Origin: Callorhinchus milii | Lineage: Eukaryota | Assembly: GCF_018977255.1 (NCBI RefSeq) | Contig: NW_024704743.1 | Span: 11,782,001 to 11,846,000, forward strand | Direction of reading: 5' to 3' | Length of the DNA stretch: 64,000 nucleotides | Shown: positions 1 to 11,554 of the stretch, one piece after another | How the letters are laid out: every line of letters begins with the position of its first letter | Position numbering within the stretch: the first letter of the stretch is position 1 | Program-made: the position numbers and the translations under genes | Notes under the pieces: generated by a model | Told to the model about the DNA's origin: nothing | Database searches by the model: none | The model's input: the letters and a program-made list of their open reading frames with translations, nothing else

Positions 1-110
1 GGGAAATTGCTTTTCGAACTCCAGAAGTAATCATTAAACCACGCTCCACAAGCCTATCACTCCCATCCTCATTCGGCTCCACTGGCTCCCCATTCCCGCA
101 GCGGATTTAT
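1..110 (+). mobile_element. L2 LINE ORF2 fragment
   Basis: atcactcccatcctcattcggctccactggctccccatt = ITPILIRLHWLPI, the L2 C-terminal motif. Confidence 0.7.
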
Positions 111-124
111 TTTATCATTTTGTT

Positions 125-455
125 AAGATGTCTCACAGCATTTCACAGAATATACCCGTAAAGTGAAATTGACTGTATATTTTGTGCGTGAAACAAGTCA
201 GTCAATTGCGCACAGCAGTGTCCCACAAACAGCCATGAATTTTTGTTTTTTTTGGAAAAAATTTTTGTAAGTGCTTATTAGCCCCAGAAAGCGATCTGCC
301 AATCGGCAAAAATCAACCGGGTTCCTACTTACTGACAAGTAAACAGAGGCGTGTGGAGTAAGGAACCTTGCCCAAGATTTCGCCCGGCACAGGAATCAAA
401 CCCGATTCCTCTCGCTTGCAAGCAATTGCTCTAACCAATACACTACAGGACTCCA
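125..455 (-). mobile_element. tRNA-Ala-derived SINE, older long variant
   Basis: Diverged reverse complement of the head (ctacaggactcca), with the internal gcctctgtttac segment and ttggctg/cacagc body. Confidence 0.75.
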
Positions 456-526
456 GAACTGACATCTATGTACATGAAAACCTGACGCATATTGTGAAAA
501 GGTGTCTCTTTTATTTCAATGCTCAG

Positions 527-647
527 GTTTGCGGTCAACTCAATGGAACTTCAAGTTCACAAACCACGGAAGCTGCAGATGCACTGATGCTTGTGGGTGC
601 ACGTGTACAGCCAGTCCTAGCACCCAATCCCACCAACGTGTCCGAAG
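527..647 (+). CDS. NUB1: Penultimate coding exon of NUB1-like gene (NEDD8 ultimate buster 1)
   Basis: Acceptor ttatttcaatgctcag| and donor gaag|gtaaat; 121 nt, phase 0 to 1, frame-compatible with the last exon. VCGQLNGTSSSQTTEAADALMLVGARVQPVLAP weakly resembles the end of the last NUB1 UBA domain (AAxxLxxxGxxxxP) and the linker. Confidence 0.55.
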
Positions 648-689
648 GTAAATAGAGAATGTCATTAATATACAGCTAACCGTGTTTTG

Positions 690-988
690 GAGCAATCGTT
701 AAGCCGAGGCTCCGTCTGCTTGTTCAGGTGGAAGGTAAAGATTCCGTGGCACTATCGGAAAACAAAGAAGCGACCTCTCCCAGGTCCTGGCCAACAGTTC
801 CACCACCACACCCCCACCCCCCCCTATCCAATAAAGTTAGTCGTTTGCTTCATGGCTATTGGTGGGACGTTGCTCTGCACAAATTGGCTGCTGCATTCGC
901 CCAGAAACACAGTCAGTTTCCAGTAAATCTTGTGAATAGCTTTGAGAAGTCCTCCTGACATGAGCCAAATATAAGGATTACTATTAGC
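690..988 (+). mobile_element. Deu-domain SINE fragment
   Basis: ttaagccgaggctccgtctgcttgttcaggtggaaggtaaagattccgtggcacta ... tgcacaaattggctgc. Confidence 0.7.
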
Positions 989-1008
989 AAGAAAGACTGT
1001 AACAGTTG

Positions 1009-1380
1009 CAGCTTCTCCCTCTGGAGTTGAGGTGATCAGGAGGTGACGTGATAGAGGAGATTAAAGTTATGAAAGGTGGATGTTTCTGAGCTGTTTCTAC
1101 TTGTTGGTGAGTTCAAAACTAGAGGGTGTAATGATAAGATAGCCAATAACAGATCTCATAGGGAGTTTAGGATAAATTTCTTAACTCACTGCCGAAAGCT
1201 GCGGTCAAAGCAAATAGCATTAATGTATTTAAGAGAAATGCGTACATAAGAGACAGGGGAAAGGGGAGTATAGGTGAGAGGAATAAAAGGGGCGGAATCT
1301 TGTGTGGAGTATAAACACTAGCACGGACTGATTGGACCAAATGGCCTGTTCACACTCTACGTAACTTAATGTAACTGTGT
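1009..1380 (+). mobile_element. CR1 LINE 3' fragment
   Basis: aggaggtgacgtgatagagg (RGDxIE) and the 3'UTR motif ggaccaaatggcctgtt. Confidence 0.65.
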
Positions 1381-1699
1381 AAATGCACAGTAATGCTGTA
1401 GTGAGCTACAAAAAGTAGTTTTGAGCAATGCGCCTCTATCTGTGCTCAGTGCGATCTTGTTTTGACTTAACAACTAAATGGGGGTTTCAAAGTTCCTCAT
1501 GGTTTTCATCTTAATTAGGAAGACGGTCTTTAAAAGGAACTTAAGAAAGAAAACCAGCTTCTAAATAAAAAACAATTTAAGGCTTTTTCTAAATTTAAAA
1601 TGTATATATATTCTATATTTTATTTTTATTTAGCATTGTATATTTTATATACGTTTTCTGCCCAATTTTATATCTTTATGTAATGGCTGAGCATGTGAT

Positions 1700-2482
1700 G
1701 CATTTTGGACTATATACACATGTATGCACATACACTCACGCACACACAGATACACTTGCATTCAGACTTGTCCGTGCACACATACACCCACAGATGTGTC
1801 TGTACATGCATGCACAAGTTGATACACCTGAGTACCTACATGCGCATTCACACGCGGGCATACATATTCAACTATCGGGACACATGCTTGTATGCATGTG
1901 CACAATTACATCTCGGACCTGAACTTACACATGCCCAAGAGTCTGCTCACGCACACACATACACACACATACTCACTCATATATAATAATAATAATAATA
2001 ATCCTTGCATTTGATATAGCGCTTTTCACGTCGGGAGGACGTCCCAAAGCGCTTCACAGAACATACTGCAAAGTGAATTGACTGTATATTTGTGGGCGAA
2101 CGCGGCAGCCAATTGCGCACAGCAATGTCCCACAAACAGTCGTAGATTGAAAATGACCAATTTATTATTGGTTTTGGTTTTGGAGGGATTATTATTAGGC
2201 TCTGTGTGGAGTAAGGAAACTTGCCAAGGTTTCGCCCTCTGTCTGGAATTGAACTCAGGTCTCTCACTTGCAAAGCGAGTGCTCTAACCACTGAGCTACA
2301 GGACTCCATATATACACACATATATATCTGCAACTACACATATATATATATATATATATATGCACGCTTGCGTAGGCACCCATACACACATATCTGCACA
2401 CACACTCACACACACATATCTATACACATATCTATACACACATGCACACAGATGCACGCACAGATACCACACGTACACACAT
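1700..2482. repeat. Degenerate AC/AT-rich microsatellite interrupted by a SINE
   Basis: (CA)/(TA)-rich low complexity on both sides of the SINE at 1983-2308. Confidence 0.8.
1983..2308 (-). mobile_element. Young tRNA-Ala-derived SINE, full length
   Basis: A box TAGCTCAGTGG, TGC anticodon-like loop, B box GAGTTCAATTCC, L2-like 3' hairpin, (TTA)n tail. Confidence 0.92.
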
Positions 2483-2596
2483 AACAAGGGTTTCTGCGAC
2501 TTGTTGACGTACCTTTGAATCGTGCTGCCATCTTCAGCGAGATACTTACTGCTCCACTGGGATCTCTTGGGTGTCACGTGCCTTTTTGTTTGTCAG

Positions 2597-2760
2597 CAGA
2601 CACCCAGGAAAGGCCAGAGGATGAGGAGGCCCTTATCAAAGAAATCTTGCAGCGCTTACCGGCTAATGGAGACTCTTATATTGATCTGTCGCTTGAGGAG
2701 GAGCAAGCAGTCCTTGCGCAATACATGACTAAGCTCATAGACTCGGAGACCAGACAATAA
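2597..2760 (+). CDS. NUB1: Last coding exon of NUB1-like gene
   Basis: Acceptor cctttttgtttgtcag/cag (NAGNAG). Encodes ...EEALIKEILQRLPANGDSYIDLSLEEEQAVLAQYMTKLIDSETRQ*, which aligns without gaps to the recalled human NUB1 C-terminus [29 protein letters not shown]. Confidence 0.72.
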
Positions 2761-3079
2761 TCAACACCTGCCTGAACACCATCCACCCAACTCCTGCACA
2801 GATCATTGCTTCCTGCCAACCCCAGCCCTGAAATTCCCCTGTGGTCTTAGCCTTAAAAGACAAATTCATTGTCTTCATATGTGAGATGTTGCAGGGTTCG
2901 AGACTGAACGCTTTGAAATATTGATTCAGCCCTTAATGTGGAAGAGACTAAATGTGAAAGTATGTCCTGACTGTCTAGCGCCTTGGAATGTCTACCTGAT
3001 GTGAAAAGCGCTACACAAATATGAATTGTTATTTGTTGTTGTGAAAGGTCTGCTCGTAAATGTGAATTGTACTGTGTTG

Positions 3080-3420
3080 TCTCCCGCCTCCGCCACATCG
3101 TCGAGCTCCGCCACTGTATCTTTCTTCAGGCAGGCAAAACCCTCATTTATGCATTATATCTTTCCTTGAACACGGCAAGCTCGTCAGCCTTCCCATCTCT
3201 TCCCTCCACAAGCTGCAGATCATACAGACCTCTGCAGCTCGTGTCCTGCACCAGGCTCCGTGACCCCATCATCCGCACCTTCGCCTGGCTTCACTGGCTC
3301 CCCTTCCCCCAGAGGATAGAGTTCAAAATCCTCGTCCTCACATTCAAAGCTTTCCACGGCCTCGCATCTTCCTACCTCTGTGACCTACTAAGCCCATATC
3401 ATCCTGTCCACTCCCTCCCT
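3080..3420 (+). mobile_element. L2 ORF2 fragment
   Basis: RLRDPII..LHWLPFPQRIEFKILVLTFKAFHGLA. Confidence 0.85.
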
Positions 3421-3879
3421 TTAATGTTACCCACTAATCTTTTCTCATATGATCTCTTTGCCCCTCTTCTTTTTCACTTCTCCTCTGTACTTTCTATATT
3501 CTGTTTGATTATCTTCTGTATTTTGGACCTGACATTTATCATAAGCTTCCTTTTTCTGTTTTATTTTAATCCCAATTTCCTAAGTTATCCAGGGAGGTTT
3601 GGATGCCCTACCTTTCCCCTTTGTGGGAATGTATTTGTTCTGTCCCCGAACTATCCTCGAAGGTTTCCCATTGCTCATTAGCTGCATTACCTGCCAATCT
3701 TTGTTTCCATTCCACTTTGGCGAGGTCTCTTTTTAACTCACTGAAATTAGTTCTCTTCCAGTTGAGTAGCTTCACCTTTGATTGTTCCTCTGCTTATTTG
3801 ATTATTCGAATAAAACATGAAGCTCTTTACCACAAATTGTTATCAAAGCCAAGTCATTAGCAGAGATCCCAGCACCACA

Positions 3880-5616
3880 AGGATGGAACTGAGTGAGGTG
3901 GAACAGAGTGAGAATTCTGTTAAGGAATTTGGTGAAAGTGGGAATTCGGTGCAGAGGGGGAAAGAGATGCATAATTATAAAATATTAAGTTATATTAGTT
4001 ATATTAAAACATGTCTGGGAATATGGCAGGGCAGTTGAGACCGATTGCATGCACAATGTGTGCCATGTGGGAACTCCACGATGCTTTGTGTGAGCTGGAC
4101 AGAAACGTGTGGAGGAAGTGCCTCTGGCTGCTCGAGCTTGAGCTCAGAGTTCCTGAGCTTGAGGAGAGGCTGATGTCACCACATAACAAACGGGAGGCTG
4201 AAGAGTTCATGGATCAAAGGTTTCAGGAGGTGGTCACTCCACAGGCACAGAGGGTTCAGAAGGAGAGTATGGTAGGAAGAGAGGGCGGGCAGTGCAGAAA
4301 TCCCCTGAGAGTGTGACACTCAGAAACCGGTTTTCAGGGGGATGACACCTCTGGAGAGGGGAGTCAAAGGCAAATGGATGCACAGGGAGACACAGGAAAG
4401 AGTGTCAATGCAATTGTCATTGGGGACACAATGGTGAAAGGAGTAGACAGGCGTTTCTGCAACCAAAGACGTGACTCTCGCATGGTATGTTGCCTCCCTG
4501 GTGCCAGAGTTGAAGAGATCATGGAACAGGTGCAAAACATTCTACAGGAGGAAGGAAAATATCCAGAAGTTGTGATCCATTTTGGGATCCATGACGTAGG
4601 GGGAAAAAAAGGCTGAAATTCTACACGGAGAGTATCAAAAGCTATGGAAAAAGTTAAATTGTAGGACCTCAAAGGTGGTGATCTCCGGATTAACTCCCAG
4701 TGTTTCGTGCAACTCAGCAGGATCAAACACATGAATGCATGGCAGGAGAAATGGTGCAGAAAGGAGGGCTTCAGGTTTCTGGATCAATGGGACCCGTTCC
4801 GGGGCAGATGGGACCTGTACAAGATGGATGGGTTACACCTGAATAGGGCTGGGACCAATCTCCTCGCAGGGAGATTAACTAGTGCTGTGGGGAAGGGTTT
4901 AAACTAATTTCGAGGGGCGAAGGGAATCAGGATGTAGCATTAGAGAGGACAAACAAGTTACATAGAGGGCTGGGAGAGACGAATAGCAATGTAATAAGGA
5001 GTAATCCAAAAAGGAGGGATTAGACAGGGGAGAAATGCAAACAGACTAAGTCGGTCTTGGAGTGCATGGAACGCACGGAGTGTGACAAATATATTCTGTG
5101 ACAGTATATTCTGTGAAGCGCTTTGAGGCGTCTAGAAACTTTAAAATAAGTCTGTTTTTGAGTGCATGTGGTAAATGCAGAGTGTGACAAATAAGGTTGG
5201 TGAGCTGCAGACTCAAGTTGCCATGTGGAGTTATGATTTTGTGGCAATAACAGAGACTTGGCTCAAACACGGGCAGAAATGGGCGCTGAATATTCCTGGC
5301 TACAATGTATTCAGGAGGGATAGGGAAGGAAGAAAAGGAGGGGGCGGTGGCAATATTGATTAAAGACACGGTTACGGCCTGGAAAGGGACGATGTGCTGG
5401 AGGGTCCAAAAACAGAATCTACTTGATTAGAGTTAAGGATCAGGAAAGGAACTGTTACTCTCTTAGGTGTATACTACAGACCAGCAAAAAGTGGGAAGGA
5501 GATAGACCAGCAAATCTGCAAGCAGGTTTCAGAAAGATGCAAAACCAATAGAGTAGTGATAATGGGGGACTTCAATTATCCTAACATAGACTGACAAAAT
5601 AACAGTGTAAAGGGCA
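3880..5616 (+). mobile_element. CR1 LINE 5' portion: degenerate ORF1 (Cys-rich/coiled coil plus SGNH esterase) and start of ORF2 APE endonuclease
   Basis: ORF1 fragments IACTMCAMW, VIGDTMVKG, CCLPGARV, VVIHFGIHD, DGLHLNRAG; ORF2 YDFVAITETWL, GYNVFRRDR..KGGG, MGDFNYP. Frameshifted, and cut off by the satellite at about 5616. Confidence 0.9.
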
Positions 5617-8600
5617 AGCGGGACTGTAGGCTGGAAGTAGGTCCGGGGGCTTGAAGCAGGTCCTGGGGCTGGAGGTGATTCCGGGGACCAGAAGCGGGTC
5701 CGGGTCCTGTAAGCGTATCTGGAGGCTGGAAGTGTGTCCCGGGGCTGGAAGCGCTTCCTGGGCCTGGAAGCGGGTCCGGGCACTGGAAGCATTTCCGGCA
5801 GCTGGAAGTGGATCCGGGGGCTGAAGCACGTCTGGGGGCTGGAAGCGGGTCCGGGGGCTGGAAGCGGGTCCAGGCGCTGAAAACGGGTCCTGGGGCTGAA
5901 AGCGGGTCCGGGGGCTGGAAGCGTGTCCTGGGGCTGAAAGACAGTCTGGGGGCTGGAAACTTTTCCGGGGGCTGGAAGCGGGTCCGGGGGCTGGAAGCGG
6001 GTCCGGGGGCTGGAAGCGGGTCCGGGGGCTGGAAGCGGGTCCGGGGGCTGGAAGCGGGTCCGGGGGCTGGAAGCGGGTCCGGGGGCTGGAAACAGGTCCA
6101 GGATCTGGAAGATATTCCAGGCCTGGAAGCAGGTCCGGGTGCTGGAAGCAGGTCCGGGGGCTAGAAACTTTTCCGGGGGCTGGATGTGGGTCAGGGGGCT
6201 GGGAAGCGTGTCCGTAGACTGAAAGCAGGTCTGTGGGCTGGAAATGGGTACTGGGGCTGAAAGCGGGTGCGGGGGCTGGAAGCGGGTCGGGGGCCTGGAA
6301 ACGGGACAGTGGGCTGGAAGCGCATCTGGGGCCTCGAGGCGGGTCTGGGAACTGGAAGCGTATCCGTGGGCTGGAAGCTGGTCCAGGGTTGATTGCGGGT
6401 CCGGGGGCTGGAAGATGGTCTGGAAGCGGGTCTGGGTACTGAAAACGGGTCCGGAGACTGGAAGCGGGTTCGGGGGCTAGAAACGGTTCCGGGGGCTGGA
6501 AACGCGTCTGGGGAATGGAAGCGGGTCCGGGGACTGGAAGCTGGTCCGGGGGCTGGAAGCGGATCCTGGGGCTGAAAGACCATCCGGGGGCTGGAAACTT
6601 TTCCGGGGGCTTGATGCGGGTTGGGGGCTGGAAGCGGGTCCAGGGGCTGGAAGTGGGTCCGGAGCTTGGACCCGGTTCTGGTGTCTGGAAGATGATCCGG
6701 GGCCTGGAAGCGGTTCCGGTGGCTGGAACCTTTTCTGGGGGCTGGATGCGTGTCAGGGGGCTGGGAAGCATGTCTGTAGACTGAAAGCAGGTCTGTGGGC
6801 TGGAAATGGGTACTGGGGCTGAAAGCGGGTCCTGGGGCTGAAAGCGGGTGCGGGGGCTGGAAGCGGGTCGCGGGCCTGGAAACGGGACAGTGGGCTGGAA
6901 GCTCGTCTGGGATCTCGAGGCGGGTCTGGGAACCGGAAACATATCCGGGGGCTAGAAACGGGTCCTGGGGCTGAAAGACAGTCTGGGGGCTGGAAACTTT
7001 TCCGGGGGCTGGATGCGGGTCAGGGGGCTGGAAGCGTGTCTGTAGAGTGTAAGCAGGTCTGTGTGCTGGAAGCGCGTCTGGGGTCTGGAAGTGGGACCGG
7101 GGCCTCGATGCTGGTCCGAGGGCTGGAAGCTGGTCCGGGGGCTGGAAGCAGGTCCAGGGGCTGGAAGCGGGTCCTGGGGCTCAAAGCGTGTCCTGGGACT
7201 GGAAGTGGGTCCGAGTGCTGGAAGCGGTTCCTGGCCAGGAAGCAGGTCAGGGGGCTGAATGTGGATCTGTTGGCTGGAAGTAGGTCTGGTGCCTGGAAGC
7301 GGGTCCTGGGGCTGGAAGCAAGTCCGGGAGTTGGAAGCGCGTCCGGGGCCTGGAAGCGGATCCAGGGGCTGGAAGCTGGTCCTGAGGCTGAAAGCGGGTC
7401 CCGGGGCTGGAGCGTCTGGGGCCTGGAAGCGGGTCCGGAGACTGGAAGCGGGTCGGGGGCTGGAAGCGGATCCTGGGGCTGAAAGCGTGTCCTGAGGCTG
7501 AAAGCGGGTTCGGGGGCTGGAAACGGTTCCGGGGACTGGAAACGCGTCCGGGGGCTGGAAGCGGGTCCTGGGGTTGAAAGACTCTCTGGGGGCTGGAAAC
7601 TTTTCCGGGGGCTGGATGCGGGTCATGGGGCTGGAAGTGTGTGTGCAGACTGGAAGCAGGACTGTGGGCTGGAAATGGGTCCTGGGGCTGAAAGCGTGTC
7701 CTGGCCCTGAAAGCGTGTCCTGGGCCTGAAAGCCAGTCCGAGGGCTGGAAGCGGGTCTGGGGCTAGAATCGGGTCCAGGGGCTGGAAGCAGGTCCGGGGG
7801 CTGGAAACGCATCTGGGGGCTGGAAGTGGGACTGGGGCCTGGATGCTGGTCCGGGGGCTGCAAGCGGGTCTGGGTGCTGGAAGTGGTTCCGGGGAAAGCA
7901 AGTGGGTCCGAGGCCTGGAGGCGGGTCCGGGGGCTGGAAGCGGGACAGTGGGCTGGAATCGCGTCTAGGGCCTGGAAGCGTGTCCGGGGACTGTAAGCGG
8001 TTCCGGGGCTGGAAGCGTGTCCAGGGGCTGGAAGTGTATGCGGGGGCTGGAAGCGGGTCCGGGAGCTGGAAGCGGGTCAGGGGCCTGGAAGCGGGTCAGG
8101 GGTCTGGAAGTGGGTCCGGGGGCTGGAATCGAGTCAGGGGCCTGAAAGCAGGTCCGGGTGCTGGAAGTGGGTCCAGGGTCTGGAAGGGGGTCGGGGTCTG
8201 GAAGCGGGTCCGGGATCTGGAAGCAGATCCTGGGGCTGGAAGCGGGTCGGGGGTCGGGAAGTGTTTCTGGTGGGTGGAAGCGCGTCCATGGGCTGGAAGC
8301 GGGTCTGGGGGCTGGAAGCGGTTCAGGGTCCTGGAAGCGGGTCCAGGTGCTGGAAACGGTTCCTGGCCTGGAAGCAGGTCCGGGGGCTGAAAGCGTGTTC
8401 GGGTGCTGGGTGCGGGTCCGGGGGCTGGATGCGGGTCCGGGGGCTGGAAACGGGTCCGGGGGCTGGAAACGGGTCCTGGAAGTGGGTCCGGGGGCTGGAA
8501 GCAGGTCTGCGGCTTGGAAGCGGGACTGTGGGCTTGCAGCAGGTCCGAGGCCTGGAAGCGGGTCTTGGGGCTGGAAGTGGGTCCAGGGGCTGGAATTGGG

Positions 8601-10220
8601 TCAGGGGCCTGGAAGCGGGTCCGGGTGATGGAAGCGGTTCCTGTCCTGGAAGCAGGTCAGGGGGCTGAATGTGGGTCCATTGGCTGGAAGTGGGTCCGGT
8701 CTCTGGAAGCGGGTCCTGGGGCTGGAAGCAGGTCTGCAGCTTGGAAGCGGGTCGGAGGGCTGGAAGCGGGTCCGATGGTTGGAACCGTGTCCGGGGGCTG
8801 GAAAGGGGTCCTGGGGCTGGAAGTGTGTCTGCAGCCTGGAAGCGATTCTGGAGGCTGGAAGCGGGTCGGGGGTCTGGAAGCGGGTCGGGGGGCTGGAAGC
8901 GGGACTGTGGGCCCGAAGCGAGTTCTGGGGCTGGAAGCGGGTCCAGGATCAGGAAGAGTTTCCGGGGGCTGGAAGCGGGTCCGATGGTTGGAAGCGGGTC
9001 AGGGGCCTGGAAACGGGACTGGGGCCTGGAAGCGTGTCAGGGGGCTGGAAGTGCGTCCGGGGGCTGGAATCAGGTCAGGGGCCTGAAAGCGGGTCCGGGT
9101 GCTGGAAGCGATTCCTGGCCTGGAAACAGATCAGGGGGCTGGAAGAGTGTCCTGGGGCTGGAAGCAGGTCCTGGGGCTGGAAGCTGGTCGGGGGTTGGGA
9201 AGGGTGGTTTCTGGTCGATGGAAGTGCATCCATGGGCTGCAAGTGCGTCCGTTGGCTGGAAGCGGTCCCAGGGCCTGGAAGTGGGTCCAGGGTCTGGAAG
9301 CAGGTCCTGGGGCTGGAAGCGGGTCGGGGGTTGGGAAGTGTTTCTGGTGGGTGGAAATGCATCCATGGGCTGGAAGTGGGACCGGTGCCTAGAAAAAGGT
9401 CCGTGGCCTGGAAGCGCGTCCATGTGCTGGAAGCGGGTCCGGGGGCTGGAAGTGGGTCACAGGGCTGGAAAAATGTCCGAGGGGTGGAAGAGTATCCGTG
9501 TGCTTGAAGCACATCCATGTGCTAGAAGCGGGTCAGGGGCCTGAAAGCGGGTCAGGGGCCTGGAAGCGGGACCAGGGCCTGGAAGTGGCTCAGGGGCCTG
9601 GAAGCGTGTCCGTGGACTAAAAGCAGGTCCTGGGGCTGGAAGTGGGTCCGGGGGCTGGAATCGGGTCAGGGGCCTGGAAGCAGGTCCAGGTGCTGGAAGC
9701 GGTTCCTGGCCAAGAAGCAGGCCAGGGGGCTGAATGTGGATCCGTTGGCTGGAAGTAGGTCTGGTGCCTGGAAGCGGGTCCTGGGGTTGGAAGCAGGTCC
9801 GGGAGTTGGAAATCCGGGAGTTGGAAACGCGTCCAGGGCCTGGAAGCGGATCCAGGGGGTGGAATCGGTTCCGGGCCTGGAAGCGGATCAGGGGCCCGAA
9901 TGCGTGCCCGGGGGCTGAATGTGGGACCAGTGCCTGGAAGCAGGTACAGGACCTGGAAGCGGGTCCTGGGGCTGGAAGCAGGTCCATGAGCTGTAAGCAG
10001 GTCCGAGGGCTGTAAGTGGTTCCGGGGGCTGGAAGCGGGTTTGTTGCCTGGAAGCGTGTCAGGGGGCTGGAAGCGGGTCAGGGTGCTGGAAGCGGGTCCG
10101 TGGGCTGGAAGCGGGTCAGGGGGACAGAAGCGGGTCCGTGGGCTGGAAGTGGGTCAGGGTGCTGGAAGCGGGTCCGTGGGCTGGAAGCGATCCAGGGGGC
10201 TGGATGCAGGTCAGGGGGCT
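5617..10220 (+). repeat. 19-bp GC-rich minisatellite (CTGGAAGCGGGTCCGGGGG)n
   Basis: Perfect 19-bp period at 5972, 5991, 6010; diverged units throughout; ORFs show 19-aa periodicity. Confidence 0.97.
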
Positions 10221-10244
10221 CGCTTCCGTGGACCCGCTTCCAGC

Positions 10245-11550
10245 AAAATAATGTTGTGAAAAATTTTGAGTTCAATAAAATGATTAGCCAAATAAAATGA
10301 TACGAGTATTTTTTCAATATGCACTGAAATGCCATTACATGAAAAATCAAATAATTTTTTTTAATGTACAAATCTGAAGTAAAATGATATTTGCTACTAT
10401 TTTCTGAAAAATATTCTGTGAAATTAAATCTTAATTTTTATAATGATATTTGATACGATTTTTCTTTCAACATCCATACAAAAAACGTTTTCTAATCGTT
10501 GTAAAATATCGAGTGAAATAATATGTCAAATGTTTTATAGTACCATTGCGAATAAAACAAACATACACATAAATAACTTTGTGAAAAATATAGAGTTCAA
10601 TAAAATGATTGGTCAAATAAAATGTACAAGCCAAATGATACATGTATTCTTTCAACATGCACAGAAACACAAATCCTTGAAAAATCAAATCAAATTGTTT
10701 TAATGTTCAAATCTGAAGTAAAATGATATTTGCTACGATTTTTACATCAACATCCATAGAAAGAGCCTCATTTTGCAATCTCTGTAAAATATCTTACAAG
10801 ATAAAATTTTGAATCTTTAATGTACAAAAGTAGAATAAAATCAGATTCGATACGATTTTCCCATCATCATCTTCATAGAAAAAATTTTTTTAATCACTGT
10901 AAAATATCAAGTGAAATAAAATGTCAAGTTTTTAATAGTACCATTGTGAAATAAAACAATATTCACCAAAATAAAGTTGCGTAAAGTTGTCAAAAATATC
11001 GATTGAAATAAAATGTTAAGTGTTATAGTGTACCAGTGTGGAGTAAAATGATATGTTTTTATCAACATGCAAAGGAAATAACATTACATGTAAATATAAA
11101 ATAAAATAGTTTTAATGTACAAATGTGGAATAAAATGAGATTTGATACGATTTTCACATCAATATCCACAGAAACAGCATTATTTGGAATCGCTCGAAAA
11201 TATCGAGTGAAATAAAATTTCGATTATCTTAAAGTACAAAAGTAGAGTAAAATCACATTTGATCCGATTTTTCCATCACAATAATACGTCGCATGAATTT
11301 TCTGTAATAATGTCAAGTGAAATAAAATGTTTAGTTTTTTTATCACCAATAAGAAGTAAAGTAATATTCCTGCTGGTTTCCAACACCCACGGAAATAACG
11401 TTTCATGATCTCTTAGTGAAACAGTTGATTGAAATTGAATATCAACTACTTTGATGTAGATATGTGTGAATATAATCACATTTCAAGCGAGTTGACCACT
11501 AACATGTACCAAAATAACAATGCCCAGATTTTCTGAAAAATATTCAGTGA
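10245..11550. repeat. AT-rich degenerate tandem repeat module
   Basis: Recurrent aaatgatatttgatacgatttt motif near 10382, 10443, 10721, 10838, 11133, 11251; 10245-10400 is repeated near 10571-10740. Confidence 0.8.
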
Positions 11551-11554
11551 AATT

